This document shows positions 48,131 through 58,340 of a DNA stretch of 64,000 nucleotides, piece after piece (the first letter of the stretch is position 1; every line of letters begins with the position of its first letter). The translations under genes were made by a program, and so were the position numbers. Under the pieces are notes generated by a model. That model was not told the origin of the DNA. It did no database searches and worked only from the letters and a program-made list of their open reading frames with translations. Source of the stretch: Polyangiaceae bacterium (GTDB taxonomy: Bacteria; Myxococcota_A; Polyangia; Polyangiales; Polyangiaceae); contig CBDCTZ010000016.1 in assembly GCA_965222375.1 (NCBI GenBank), positions 1,856,001 to 1,920,000 of the forward strand. The letters run 5' to 3'.

Positions 48131-48733
48131 GTGGTCATGCGCGTCGCTGCCGAGCCTCGCTCCCGCTACGCACAGGTGGATCTGTGTAGCGGTGAGGACG
48201 TCTACGAGCGTGTGATTCTGGGCGACCTGCCCGAAGCGAGGGTGTCCGTCTGGATTGCGACGGCGAACCTCAAGGACCTGCGCGTGCCAGCGCCGATTGG
48301 GACGCGAGCGCGAGCGCGCGGGCGCTACATCTCCATCGTCGAGACTCTCTCGGACCTGGCTGCGCGCCAGGTCGACGTGCGCATACTACACGCGGGAGCG
48401 CCCTCGGCGCCTTTTCGCGATTCCCTGGCCTCACGTCGCAAGCGCTCTCTTCAGTTGCGGAAGTGCCCGCGCGTCCACATGAAGCTCGTGATCATCGACG
48501 GACGCCTGATGTACATGGGCAGCGCGAACTTCACCGGCGCGGGCCTGGGCGCCCGCGCCGGCAAACGCCGAAACTTCGAGCTGGGTATCTTGACCGAAGA
48601 CGAAAACCTGCTGGATCGCGCGCAGGCTCAGTTCGACGAGATTTGGAGCGGTCGACAATGCTCGGGCTGCGGTTTGCGCGGGAAATGCGAGCGGCCCATC
48701 GACGTACTTCCGTTACTGAAGCGGCAGCGCTAG
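48131..48733 (+). CDS. Single-HKD phospholipase D/Nuc-like protein
   Basis: HMKLVIID...GSANFT...N.ELG; C-terminal CSGC....C. Confidence 0.85.
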   Translation: MVMRVAAEPRSRYAQVDLCSGEDVYERVILGDLPEARVSVWIATANLKDLRVPAPIGTRARARGRYISIVETLSDLAARQVDVRILHAGAPSAPFRDSLASRRKRSLQLRKCPRVHMKLVIIDGRLMYMGSANFTGAGLGARAGKRRNFELGILTEDENLLDRAQAQFDEIWSGRQCSGCGLRGKCERPIDVLPLLKRQR

Positions 48734-48745
48734 GGATCTGGCGCG

Positions 48746-49783
48746 GTGCCTGACTACCCCACGCGATTCGCCAGCACGCGGGAGCTCGCGCAGTTGCCCT
48801 GGTTCGATTGGGTCGACGGCTTGCTTACTCTCGACCCCGCAGTCGGGGGTAGCGTGGACGTTCATACCCACTTGGCCCTGGCCTATGTGCTGAAGCAGCG
48901 CCTCGACCTTGGCGCGCCCTACGAGGAAACCGAGCACTATTTGCCCGTCGACTGCGCTCTCGACCTCGACGTATACGCCAACAAGAACTTCACCCGATTC
49001 GACCTGGCGAGAATGAAGAGGGACTTGTCTGCCGGCGCCCTGAGCAGCGGCGGAATGCGTAGAACCCACACCACCGCCAATCTCTTGCGGGAGATGCGCG
49101 CCTTGGGCGTGAAGACCTCCGTGCTGCTGGCCATCGACTTTCCCGTGCTGTCCGACAACGCCGGGGACTGGCTGCGGGAGGCTCGTGGCCACGACGAACT
49201 CGTGGTCTTCGGCTCCGTGCACCCCTACAAGCCCAACCCGGAGGCGGAGCTCGACCGTCAGGTCGCTCTAGGCGCACGCGGCATCAAAGTGCACCCTGCC
49301 GTGCAGACGGTGCACCCGAGTGCCAAGCGCTGCCTGCGCCTGTACCGGGCCTGCGCTGAGCGCGGGCTGCCCGTGTTCTGGCACTGCGGCCCGGTGGGCA
49401 TCGAGCCGCCTCTGGGGCGCTATCTGACGCGGGTGCATCGCTACGCTCGAGCCATCGAGCAGTGCCCCGACACCACCTTCGTGCTTGGGCACACTGGTGC
49501 CCTCGAGGTCGACGAGGCCCTCGAGCTTCATTGCAGTTTTCCGAACGTTTGGGTCGAGGTGGCCAGCCAAAGCCTCACCAGCGTGCACAAGATCCTCGAG
49601 CGCGCCGACCCGGACAAGATCATGACCGGCAGCGACTGGCCCTTCTATCACCAGTCGATGCCGCTAGCGAAAGTGCTGATCGCGAGCGAGGGCGACGCCG
49701 CTTTGCGCGCCAAGGTCTTGCGCGAAAATGCCCAGCGCTTGCTCGACTTGAGCCAGGGCAATTTGGCCCCGGCCAGCCTCTAA
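48746..49783 (+). CDS. Amidohydrolase_2 family protein
   Basis: DVHTH, GIKVHP, PVFWHCG, LGHTG, GSDWPF. Confidence 0.87.
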   Translation: MPDYPTRFASTRELAQLPWFDWVDGLLTLDPAVGGSVDVHTHLALAYVLKQRLDLGAPYEETEHYLPVDCALDLDVYANKNFTRFDLARMKRDLSAGALSSGGMRRTHTTANLLREMRALGVKTSVLLAIDFPVLSDNAGDWLREARGHDELVVFGSVHPYKPNPEAELDRQVALGARGIKVHPAVQTVHPSAKRCLRLYRACAERGLPVFWHCGPVGIEPPLGRYLTRVHRYARAIEQCPDTTFVLGHTGALEVDEALELHCSFPNVWVEVASQSLTSVHKILERADPDKIMTGSDWPFYHQSMPLAKVLIASEGDAALRAKVLRENAQRLLDLSQGNLAPASL

Positions 49784-49960
49784 GCTAGCCAATTCCATCA
49801 AGAAAACGACAGCGGCCGCGGCGCCCAGCCAATTGGCCCGCGGACCGTTTTGCCCCAAACCCACGAGATCGTGCTAAGAGCGGCCGGCTTTTGCGGCTCG
49901 CGCCGCTTTCCATTAGCCTAGTTTTTCCGCACTACTGTTAACCGCAGAAGGGGTCGTGGC

Positions 49961-51721
49961 ATGAAGCGCATCTTCGTTAATACAATCATCTTTGGTCTTC
50001 TTGGTGCCCTGGCGGGCGGCTGCAGCAGCGACGACGCCAGCGGTCCTGGTGGTGGCTCCGAGACCCCGCGCGAGAAGCCCAAGAGCTGCAGCGGCAAGTG
50101 CGACGGGATCAACGACAACTTCAAGAGCAACTACGTCATGGACATGGCTGCTGCCAACGCGATTTGGCCCGGCGCCGTGCCCATCGAGAAGGCTGAGGAC
50201 GCCTTTTCCGTCCTGGTAGATCTGGGCGAAGCGAAGTTCCCCGCGCCCACCCATCTCTTCGGCGTACCCGTGAACGTCATTCCGTACTCGAATGACGACA
50301 ACGTCGCCGACGCCGAGGGCAAGATGCACGAGCGTGGCGATTCGGTCATCGCTCAGGCCTTCCCCCAGGGCGTGGTTGGCTATGCGGTCAAGCACCACCG
50401 CCCCGAGCACCGCACCATGTCCCCCGCGGACATCCAGGCCAACCTCAAGGAGCAGGTCAAACTCCAGGACACCCACATCCAGATCGTCGTGGGCGTGGAG
50501 CGCGATGGTAAGCCTGGTGCGATCACCCTGAACAACCCCCAGAACTACGAGGGAGGCCTGTTCGGCAACAAGACCTACTCCATGTTCTTCGTGAAGCCCG
50601 CCTGGCCGTCCTACCTCGACGGCAGCAAGGTCAAGGCCTTCAACGACAACGTGCGCACCATGATCACGGCCTTCAACACGGTCAGTGATTTTCCCGGTGA
50701 CTACAACGGCGGTGACCCGCTCGCGGCGCACAACCCCGAGAAGCTGAAGACCCACGTCATCAACATGGCCAAGGCCATCGCGGGTGACACGGCGGCGCAG
50801 GACTTCTTCAAAGATCCGGCGAACCTGGTCTACTGCGCGGAGCTGGCATTCCTCGGCACGACCGCCGGCCTGCACTACCCGCTCAACGCGGCCACCTTCG
50901 TGCCGCTGGTTGGGCAGCAAACCTGGGACGCTTTCGTCGCAGAGCTCAACAAGCACAAAAACGGCGAAGCCAGCGCGTTCACCTCGATGAACGACAACCC
51001 GAAGGTCAAGTACGTGGACCTAACTCTGGCGGACGAGTCACTCCAGCCCGCGTACGCCTACGCGCCGGACCCCGCGTCCGAGGGTCAGAAGCTGGCATTC
51101 AAGCCCATGACCATGGCGGACATCCTGCAGCACTTCCTGCGCACCCATGTGCCCCGGGAGCAGCTCGGCGAGCAGCTCGCACCCGTCCAGGGGCAGCTCC
51201 TCGAAGGCATGAAGCCCGGCATTCTGGAAGCCATGGCCATGGACCAGCTTCCCGACACGGATCCGAAGCGCATTGCCGTAGAGCAGCTCTTCGGAGCACT
51301 CATCGACGTGGTCAAGACGCCCCACGCCGACTACGCCGCATTCCAGGCGGCGCTCGAGCCGTTGATGCAGCAAGCGCGCAAGGTCACCGGCCCTCGGGAT
51401 GACACAGGGACCGGTTACTTCGTCCCGCCGAGCCTGCTGCACGTGGTTGCCCAGGGCAAACACCCCGGCGGCATGCTGGGCCTGAAGTACGTTGGCCACG
51501 GCGTTCACTTCTCGGCCGTGCGGTTGCCCGCAGCGCCTCCGCCGGACGATCCCAACGACGACGGACAGGTGGACGGCATTCCCGGCGGCACGCCCTTCGC
51601 GGGATCTTGCACGGCATCGTGCGGCGGCTCTGCGCCGGACGGTTCGTGCTGGTGCGACAACCTGTGCTCCCAGTACGGCGACTGCTGCTCCGACATCGCG
51701 GAGAAGTGCCCCGGCGGCTGA
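49961..51721 (+). CDS. Lipoprotein with putative permuted papain-like domain and C-terminal somatomedin-B domain
   Basis: AGGC lipobox; THIQIV and YCAELA; SC..SCG.....CWCD..C..YGDCCSD...C. Confidence 0.75.
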   Translation: MKRIFVNTIIFGLLGALAGGCSSDDASGPGGGSETPREKPKSCSGKCDGINDNFKSNYVMDMAAANAIWPGAVPIEKAEDAFSVLVDLGEAKFPAPTHLFGVPVNVIPYSNDDNVADAEGKMHERGDSVIAQAFPQGVVGYAVKHHRPEHRTMSPADIQANLKEQVKLQDTHIQIVVGVERDGKPGAITLNNPQNYEGGLFGNKTYSMFFVKPAWPSYLDGSKVKAFNDNVRTMITAFNTVSDFPGDYNGGDPLAAHNPEKLKTHVINMAKAIAGDTAAQDFFKDPANLVYCAELAFLGTTAGLHYPLNAATFVPLVGQQTWDAFVAELNKHKNGEASAFTSMNDNPKVKYVDLTLADESLQPAYAYAPDPASEGQKLAFKPMTMADILQHFLRTHVPREQLGEQLAPVQGQLLEGMKPGILEAMAMDQLPDTDPKRIAVEQLFGALIDVVKTPHADYAAFQAALEPLMQQARKVTGPRDDTGTGYFVPPSLLHVVAQGKHPGGMLGLKYVGHGVHFSAVRLPAAPPPDDPNDDGQVDGIPGGTPFAGSCTASCGGSAPDGSCWCDNLCSQYGDCCSDIAEKCPGG

Positions 51722-51740
51722 GCGTGCAACGCACATTGAC

Positions 51741-51782
51741 CCACATCGCGGCGAGCCCCTCTGGGCTCGTCGCTGTGGTTTT
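51741..51782 (+). terminator. Rho-independent terminator
   Basis: CCACATCGCGGCGAGCCC-CTCT-GGGCTCGTCGCTGTGG then TTTT, just after the stop at 51721. Confidence 0.7.
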
Positions 51783-51876
51783 GTGCGTCGCCGTTGGCAA
51801 TGACACGCTGCTGCTTCCACTAACGGAGTTATGAGATCCGTCAAGTGGTGCGCGGATCGCTTACAATTGATGGCAC

Positions 51877-53325
51877 ATGGCTAGCGAGAAATCCGCCGTC
51901 CTGGGCGTCATGCCCCTCCCGGGTGATGTCATCGCTGGCAAGTACCTCATTCTGCGGACCATCGGCGAGGGCGGCATGGGCATGGTCTTCGAGGCCGTGC
52001 ACGAGCGCCTCAAACAGCGGGTCGCGATCAAGGTTCTGCGCTGCCAGGAACTCGACAAAGTGGACGAGTACTCTGGCCGATTCGAGCGCGAGGCTCGCGC
52101 AGCCGCCAAGCTCAAAGGCAAGAACGTCGCGCGAGTGACGGACGTGGACACCCTCGCCGATGGGACACCGTTCATGGTGATGGAGTACCTGGAGGGGGTC
52201 GACTTGGATTCAGAAATCGAGCGCCGCGGCCGAATTACGGTCTCGGAGGCGGTCGACTACGTCATTCAGGCCTGCTCAGGCGTGGCGGAAGCCCACTCCC
52301 GAGGAATCGTGCATCGGGATCTGAAGCCTCACAACTTGTTTCTCACCCAAGAGGACAACGCCGTCGTGGTGAAGCTGCTGGACTTTGGAATCAGCAAGGT
52401 TCAGGACGAACGCGAAACCTCGGTTACATTGACGCGCTCTACTCTGGGCACGCCTTTGTACATGTCGCCCGAGCAGATTCGCGCCACTCACAATGCGGAT
52501 GTCCGCTCTGATGTCTGGTCGCTTGGTGTGATTCTGTATGAGTTGCTCACTGGCAGAACGCCCTTCGATGGCGAGAACCCCGCAGCCGTGATCGCTGCCA
52601 TTACGGCGGACGAGGTTCCACCTCCGAAGACGCATCGTCCGGATCTGTCAGAGGCCCTGGATGCGGTCGTCATGAAGGCGCTTCAAAAATGCCCCGACGA
52701 TCGCTATCAGTCCGCGAAAGAAATGGCCCAAGCGCTACTGCCTTTCGGGGAGAAAGTGTCCTGGCTGCCCCCGCCGCGGCTCTCGGGTGTGGATTTTCGG
52801 GCGTCGGTGCCTGACTCCCCGACCCTGGACTTGAAGGAGCTGGAGGATCCCAGGCGCCCCTCACCCGAGGCCTCGGCGTCCCAATCGAGCCCACAGGCCT
52901 CGTCCCCGGCGGTCAAGAACTGGATTGTGGTCGCTCTGGTCGCGGTTGCCGTCATCGCCACCGTGCTGTTCTTTGCCACGAGGCCTGCGGAGTCGACTGA
53001 AGGGGATGCCAGGGCTGAGGCTGGGGCGACCCGCGAGGCCAAGCCCGTGAGCGCCTCGAAAACCGAAAGCCGACCCGAGCCCTCGTTGGCTCCGCTCGCA
53101 ACTAGCGCGACTTCCGCGCCCTCTGCGCCCAAACACCAAGGGCAAGCGAGCCCCCCTGTCCCAGCTCCCACGAAAGCGGTTCGGCCCAAGAAAGCACCCG
53201 CCCATACCCCGCCCGCCGCGAAACCAGTTATAAGACCCGCCCCGCCGAAGGCAACGACCGCGGAGCCAGCCCCGAAGCCCGCACCCGCGCCCCCACCAGC
53301 CACTGAAAACCCCGTTCACCTATGA
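51877..53325 (+). CDS. Membrane Ser/Thr protein kinase
   Basis: IGEGGMG, VAIK, HRDLKP.N, DFG, GTPLYMSPE, TM, Pro-rich tail. Confidence 0.95.
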   Translation: MASEKSAVLGVMPLPGDVIAGKYLILRTIGEGGMGMVFEAVHERLKQRVAIKVLRCQELDKVDEYSGRFEREARAAAKLKGKNVARVTDVDTLADGTPFMVMEYLEGVDLDSEIERRGRITVSEAVDYVIQACSGVAEAHSRGIVHRDLKPHNLFLTQEDNAVVVKLLDFGISKVQDERETSVTLTRSTLGTPLYMSPEQIRATHNADVRSDVWSLGVILYELLTGRTPFDGENPAAVIAAITADEVPPPKTHRPDLSEALDAVVMKALQKCPDDRYQSAKEMAQALLPFGEKVSWLPPPRLSGVDFRASVPDSPTLDLKELEDPRRPSPEASASQSSPQASSPAVKNWIVVALVAVAVIATVLFFATRPAESTEGDARAEAGATREAKPVSASKTESRPEPSLAPLATSATSAPSAPKHQGQASPPVPAPTKAVRPKKAPAHTPPAAKPVIRPAPPKATTAEPAPKPAPAPPPATENPVHL

Positions 53326-54341
53326 ACCGCGTTTGCGCTTGTCTCGTCTTGCTCGCCTGTGCGTCCTTGGCGGATTCCGTTGCGGGTGCGCCGCCGGGAA
53401 AACCACCCGGCGCGCCGGGTGACCCGAGTGAGAAGCAGGAACCGAAGCCGCCGGCAGAAACCGGGGCCGATGCGCCTGCCAGCGAGCCCGAACCCGCGCT
53501 GCCATCGAAAGCCGAATCGCTCAAGGCCCAAGGCGATGCTGCGATGAAGCGCCTGGCGTATGAGCAAGCGCTTCGGATGTACCGAGACGCCTACGCGCTC
53601 GAGCCGTCCCCGGTGCTGTCCTACAACAAGGGGCGTGCATTGCAGGCATTGACCCGCTACCCGGAGGCGTTGACAGAACTCGAGACCTTCGAGCGAGAGG
53701 CCTCGCCGGAGTTGAAGGCGAGAGTGCCAAAGCTCCAGCAACTCCTCGATGACCTGCGCGCCCGGGTGGCGACGCTTCAAGTTAGCTGCAACGTAGCTGG
53801 GGCACGGGTGCTGCTGGGGCGGAAGGTCATCGGTACGACGCCCATGAAGCAGCTGCGGGTAAACGCCGGGCGAGCGATCTTGGAAGTCTCGAAGGAGGGC
53901 TACCGTCCCTACCGCAAACGGGTGACCCTTCGCGGAAAGACCGCCCAGTCCGTGACGGTGAAACTTCTGTCCAAGAGCACCACAGGCGTGCTGGAGGTGA
54001 CCTCTCCCGTTGCTGGAGCGACGGTGTTTGTAAACGACAAGAAGATCGGAACTGTGCCCGCCCAGGCTCAGCTCACGGCCGGCGAACATGAAGTGGTTGT
54101 GCGCCGGGAAGGGTACGATGAGGCCCGAACCAGCGCCGTGGTTCGCGTCGGTCGAGTGGCCAAGCTGAACGTCGCCCTCGACGAACCGCCGGGCATTACC
54201 TCCCGCTGGTGGTTTTGGACAGGTATCGGCGTCGCCGTGGCCGGTGGCACCGCGCTGACCATCGCCTTGTTGACGGAACGTTCGTCGGACGAAGGCGACA
54301 TTGCACCCGGCAAGGTAGCAGGGCCCTTGGTGCGGTTTTGA
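53322..54341 (+). CDS. TPR + two-PEGA-domain protein
   Basis: TPR helices, G..V......G.TP PEGA repeats, WWFWTGIG C-terminus; ATGA overlap. Confidence 0.88.
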   Translation: MNRVCACLVLLACASLADSVAGAPPGKPPGAPGDPSEKQEPKPPAETGADAPASEPEPALPSKAESLKAQGDAAMKRLAYEQALRMYRDAYALEPSPVLSYNKGRALQALTRYPEALTELETFEREASPELKARVPKLQQLLDDLRARVATLQVSCNVAGARVLLGRKVIGTTPMKQLRVNAGRAILEVSKEGYRPYRKRVTLRGKTAQSVTVKLLSKSTTGVLEVTSPVAGATVFVNDKKIGTVPAQAQLTAGEHEVVVRREGYDEARTSAVVRVGRVAKLNVALDEPPGITSRWWFWTGIGVAVAGGTALTIALLTERSSDEGDIAPGKVAGPLVRF

Positions 54342-54343
54342 GC

Positions 54344-56002
54344 ATGCAACGCCCCGCGCTATCCCTTGTCCATCGCCTGGCCCTAGTGTCGACCGTGTTG
54401 TCAGCACTGCTGCTGACTCAGTGTCGGGAGCCGACCCAGTTCATGTTGGAGGTGACCACGGACGCGCAGTGCGTGGACGTTCGCGGCACCAGCATCACCG
54501 TGGGCAGCGCTAGCGCTCTGGCGGCCAAGGCCCCAGCGGCGCGCACCTCGGCATGCTCCAGTTCCGGCCGAATCGGCTCTCTCGCGGTCGTTCCGAGCGG
54601 GGACAAGGATGACGAGGTGGCGATTCGCGTCGTCACCGGGGTTGGCAAATCTCCCGAAGCCTGCGTCGACGACGGTTATGTGGGTGGTTGCATCGTTGCT
54701 CGGCGGATCTTGCGATTTCTCCCGCACACGCCGCTGAACCTGCCGGTACACATGGACGTTGATTGCCTGGATGTGCCCTGCGGAGCGACGGAAACCTGTT
54801 TCAAGGGTCAATGTGTGCCGGCGAAGATCGACTGCACCGACTCGGGCGGCTGCTTGCCGCAGGTGGGAGACGGCGGCGCGACGGACGCGGGCATCGATGG
54901 CTCGGGTGGTGCGGGTGGTGCGTCGGGAAGTGGTGGCACGGCAGGCGTCGATGCGTCCGCAGGAACGGGAGGCATGGATGCTGGAGATGCGGCGGCGGAT
55001 GCCTTGAGCTGCACGGCCCCTCAAGCGGATTGTAACAACAGCGCCGCGGACGGTTGCGAAACCGACTTGAACACCGACGCGCTTCACTGTGGCCAATGCG
55101 GGCGAGATTGCCAGGGAGGAACTTGCGCCCAGGGCATGTGCAGCGCGGTGACCATGTGGTCTGCTGCCAACGCCAGGCCGCGGCGTATCGCGCTCGACGC
55201 GACCCATATCTACTTCTTGGAGTTCACCAACGGCGTGTTGCGTCGGCTACCGAAGGCCGGTGGAGCCGTCGAGACCTTAGCCACAGCGAAGAAGCAGGGG
55301 ACAAACCTCGCTGTGGATTCCACTCACGTCTACTTCGTCGACGACTTCGAGCTCACGGTGAACCGTGTGCCGAAGGCTGGGGGGACCGTCGAGCAACTCG
55401 CGACCCTGGCCGGAGCGGCGACTTGGCTGACCTTGGATTCCGGCAACGTCTACGTCTCCGAGTCGGCCGCTCAGGGCAAGATCTACAAGCTCTCCAAGGC
55501 GGGTGGCGCGCCCACGGAGCTAGCCAGCTCGCTGTGGCCGGCAGGTGTAGCGGTCAGTGCAACCCACGCCTATTGGCCCAGCTTTCAGCTCAATGCCGGA
55601 CTTTGGCGCGTACCTTTGTCTGGAGGCACCGCGGAGATGCTCGATCCGACCACCAGCAATGGCCAGGAGACTGCTGTGGATGCGACGCACGTCTACTGGA
55701 CGGTGCTGAACGCCGGCGCCAACAAGGGTGAGCTGCGCAAATTGCCCCATGCCGGAGGAAATGTGGAGATCCTTGCGTCGGGGCAGGCTGGGCCAAAAGG
55801 CCTCGCACTGGATGGCAGCCACGCCTATTGGACGAACGCCGACGACGGCACCGTCAAGCGCGTTGCCCTCGACGGCAGTGATCAGCAGGCGGCTACGCTC
55901 GTCGATAGCTCCGGGACCACGCCCGTGGGAATCGCCGTCGATGCGACCAGCGTCTACTGGGTCGACGAAAAAGCCGGTCTGCTACGCCGCGTCACCAAGT
56001 GA
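54344..56002 (+). CDS. Cys-rich lipoprotein with YWTD/DUF5050-like beta-propeller
   Basis: LTQC; DCN....DGCE..L.TD..HCG.C; repeated AVD.THVYW. Confidence 0.82.
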   Translation: MQRPALSLVHRLALVSTVLSALLLTQCREPTQFMLEVTTDAQCVDVRGTSITVGSASALAAKAPAARTSACSSSGRIGSLAVVPSGDKDDEVAIRVVTGVGKSPEACVDDGYVGGCIVARRILRFLPHTPLNLPVHMDVDCLDVPCGATETCFKGQCVPAKIDCTDSGGCLPQVGDGGATDAGIDGSGGAGGASGSGGTAGVDASAGTGGMDAGDAAADALSCTAPQADCNNSAADGCETDLNTDALHCGQCGRDCQGGTCAQGMCSAVTMWSAANARPRRIALDATHIYFLEFTNGVLRRLPKAGGAVETLATAKKQGTNLAVDSTHVYFVDDFELTVNRVPKAGGTVEQLATLAGAATWLTLDSGNVYVSESAAQGKIYKLSKAGGAPTELASSLWPAGVAVSATHAYWPSFQLNAGLWRVPLSGGTAEMLDPTTSNGQETAVDATHVYWTVLNAGANKGELRKLPHAGGNVEILASGQAGPKGLALDGSHAYWTNADDGTVKRVALDGSDQQAATLVDSSGTTPVGIAVDATSVYWVDEKAGLLRRVTK

Positions 56003-56011
56003 CCTGCGCGC

Positions 56012-56356
56012 TCAGTAGAAGCGTTCGAAGCTCTTGCGCCCGTGGCGATACTGAATCGTGCCGGGCTCGAAGCGGAGCCTGGACTTTTCGACGATCGCTT
56101 CGATCAGTGGTTTGCCCGGCCGCCCCTTGATCTTCATCCGCTGAAGCTTGTGCACTCGACGCATCTTGCGAACCGGTGCCTTGCGGACGGTCTTCGACGT
56201 TGCGCGCTGTTTGCTCGCTGGTGCTTTCAACGCGGGCACTTGGGCAGCCTTGACGACGGGCGCCTTCTTCGCGGACGCCTTGTCGGCTGCCAGGGCGGGC
56301 ACGGAGAAGGTGAGAGCGGCGGCGACGAGGAGTAGGCGTTTCATAGGCATGTTCAT
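56012..56356 (-). CDS. Small basic secreted protein (possibly GltF/CglF-like C-terminal motif)
   Basis: Signal peptide; IKGRPGKP....V...RL.F. Confidence 0.55.
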   Translation of the reverse strand: MNMPMKRLLLVAAALTFSVPALAADKASAKKAPVVKAAQVPALKAPASKQRATSKTVRKAPVRKMRRVHKLQRMKIKGRPGKPLIEAIVEKSRLRFEPGTIQYRHGRKSFERFY

Positions 56357-56463
56357 TCTGACACAGCTACCCCGCTCCGCCTTTGCTGCTTCCCTCAGCG
56401 GCCTAAGTATTCGTAAAAGGTCGCCAAAATCGTCCGACGCCGGGGACGCGCTATGTTCGATTG

Positions 56464-58008
56464 ATGCGTAGGTTGCTCATCCTCGCCTTGCTGGCGACCG
56501 GCTGCGGCTCTGACGAATCCAGCCCCGGCGCACCGGGCGGCAGCAGCAGCGGAGGCGGTGCGGGAGTCGCTACCGGAGGCGCCAGCGGCGCGGGCGGTGC
56601 GGGCACGGGCGGTGATGCGGGCGCCGCGGGAACCGCAGGCGTCGGAGCTGGCTACGCAGCGGCCACCTTCCTCGCTTCTCACAACTCCTATTCCCCAGGC
56701 GCTGACCTGGGACCCGTCAAAGCGCAGCTAGACGCCGGCGTGCGCTTCCTCGAGTTCGACATCCACGACAACGACTTTGCCGCACAAGGCTTTCGTGTCG
56801 GTCATGACGCGCCCGGCGACGAGGTCTCGCTGGGTGGCGATAACCCGAGTGGGCTCGGACTCCCAGCTTGGCTTCAGGTCGTGGCGGACTGGACGAAGCA
56901 GAATGCGGGTCACGCTCCGATCACCATCGGTATCGATCTGAAAGACCCCTTGGACGACAACCCGTCGCATGCCGCGGGCAACCTGGCAGCTCTCAATGAC
57001 GTGATTCAAACCGCCTTCGGCTCTGCCCTCTACTCGGCATCGCAAGCGCCGAGTTCGCTACCCGCGCTCGATGCCATGCGCGATCGCGTCGTGGTCGTGC
57101 TCAGCGGCCACTACAAGTCGCGACAAGCCTACCGCCGCGACGAGGGCAAGAACCCCAGCATCGCCCTCAACTCCAAGGGCCAATTGCTCGAAATCCACGA
57201 TTCCGGGGGCGGCGACCTGTGGTATTGGACCGGCAGCCTTGCATCCTCGAAGGCCCGCTTCGCCCGCCACACCAAATACGATACCGGCAAGAACCCCGCG
57301 GTCCTCTTGGACGACTCCGGAGTGGTCGTGGAGGTACATGAACATCAGAGCACTTCCCAGCTCTTCTACCGGGTCGGGCAGCTAACAGGTGACCTAGAGG
57401 TCACATGGCACGGAAGCGCAGGAAATCCCTTTCCCGGTAACGACAACGGCCAGAATCCCAGCCTGGCCTGGGTCAACGAAGGCAGCACCCTGCGAGAGGT
57501 GCACAAGAGCCAGAACAACAGCCAGCACTGGTACTGGGACGGCGCCCTCAACGCCGCCAAAACCGACATCACCTGGACCCGTAAGTCCGCCGACGGTGGC
57601 AAAACCAGCGACCCTCTCTACGACAAGACCACTGCCACCTCCGGCGCCGACAGCGTCAAGGTCAGCACTGGCGCCCACGGCCCTTTCACCGGCGATGTCC
57701 TGCTGGTTTCCCTCAACGGTGGCGCGCTGCAACGCGTCCGCTACGAGCAGAGCATGTTCACGGAAGTGCAGTGGGGCAATTCAGATCTCGAAAAGGACGA
57801 TCCCTGGTTCTTCGCCGCCGACGCTCGCAATCCCACTACCAGCGCCTGGGCCGCGGGTTGGACGGCCTCGGGCAAGCTCTCCCGCCTCTGGGCCTTCAAC
57901 GACGTCAAGCACGCCACGATCCCCGCCACCAACTTCGCCGCCACCGACGAGCCTCTGGCCAGCTGGTACAAGAACTACTGCGCTGGCGTCGGTTGCGTAG
58001 CGCCGTAG
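56464..58008 (+). CDS. PI-PLC X-domain (PLC-like phosphodiesterase) lipoprotein with repeat insertion
   Basis: ATGC lipobox; ASHNSY, QLDAGVRFLEFDIH, H.P.TI.IDLKD. Confidence 0.8.
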   Translation: MRRLLILALLATGCGSDESSPGAPGGSSSGGGAGVATGGASGAGGAGTGGDAGAAGTAGVGAGYAAATFLASHNSYSPGADLGPVKAQLDAGVRFLEFDIHDNDFAAQGFRVGHDAPGDEVSLGGDNPSGLGLPAWLQVVADWTKQNAGHAPITIGIDLKDPLDDNPSHAAGNLAALNDVIQTAFGSALYSASQAPSSLPALDAMRDRVVVVLSGHYKSRQAYRRDEGKNPSIALNSKGQLLEIHDSGGGDLWYWTGSLASSKARFARHTKYDTGKNPAVLLDDSGVVVEVHEHQSTSQLFYRVGQLTGDLEVTWHGSAGNPFPGNDNGQNPSLAWVNEGSTLREVHKSQNNSQHWYWDGALNAAKTDITWTRKSADGGKTSDPLYDKTTATSGADSVKVSTGAHGPFTGDVLLVSLNGGALQRVRYEQSMFTEVQWGNSDLEKDDPWFFAADARNPTTSAWAAGWTASGKLSRLWAFNDVKHATIPATNFAATDEPLASWYKNYCAGVGCVAP

Positions 58009-58340
58009 CGGATCCGACAGCTCTGCCCCGGGTTGTTTTTTGGGGGGATGGTGCGCCCAGCGCGTCATCGGGAGTTCGGCGCGGTCCGGCGCGGGGTCAC
58101 TCCGTGCTTCCACTCGCTCTACCCGAGCCACATGCAGGGCCTCTCAAACCTGTCAAGCTCACCAGCGCAGGTCAGCGCCCTTCGAGTCACATGCGCCGTA
58201 TGAAGTTCAGCACCATCGCTAACAGCAACAGCCCCCCGATGACGAATGCGTAGATCATCGCCTTGTTGCGGCGTCCCGGGTTGAAAGTCGTGTCCCCAAA
58301 GGGGTTGTCCGCCTGCCGCGGAGTTGCGCAAGCTACTAAA

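Noticed and set aside
48131..49783. PLD-nuclease plus amidohydrolase as an anti-phage system
   Set aside because: No helicase, methylase or other defence context, and the neighbours look like ordinary chromosomal genes
49833..49863. Fifth copy of the bipartite motif (GGCCC...CCCCAAACCCA)
   Set aside because: Lacks TAG and CGA, and the spacing is too short
58187..58258. 23-aa hydrophobic peptide MIYAFVIGGLLLLAMVLNFIRRM
   Set aside because: Plausible small protein or gene remnant, but no RBS or other support is visible
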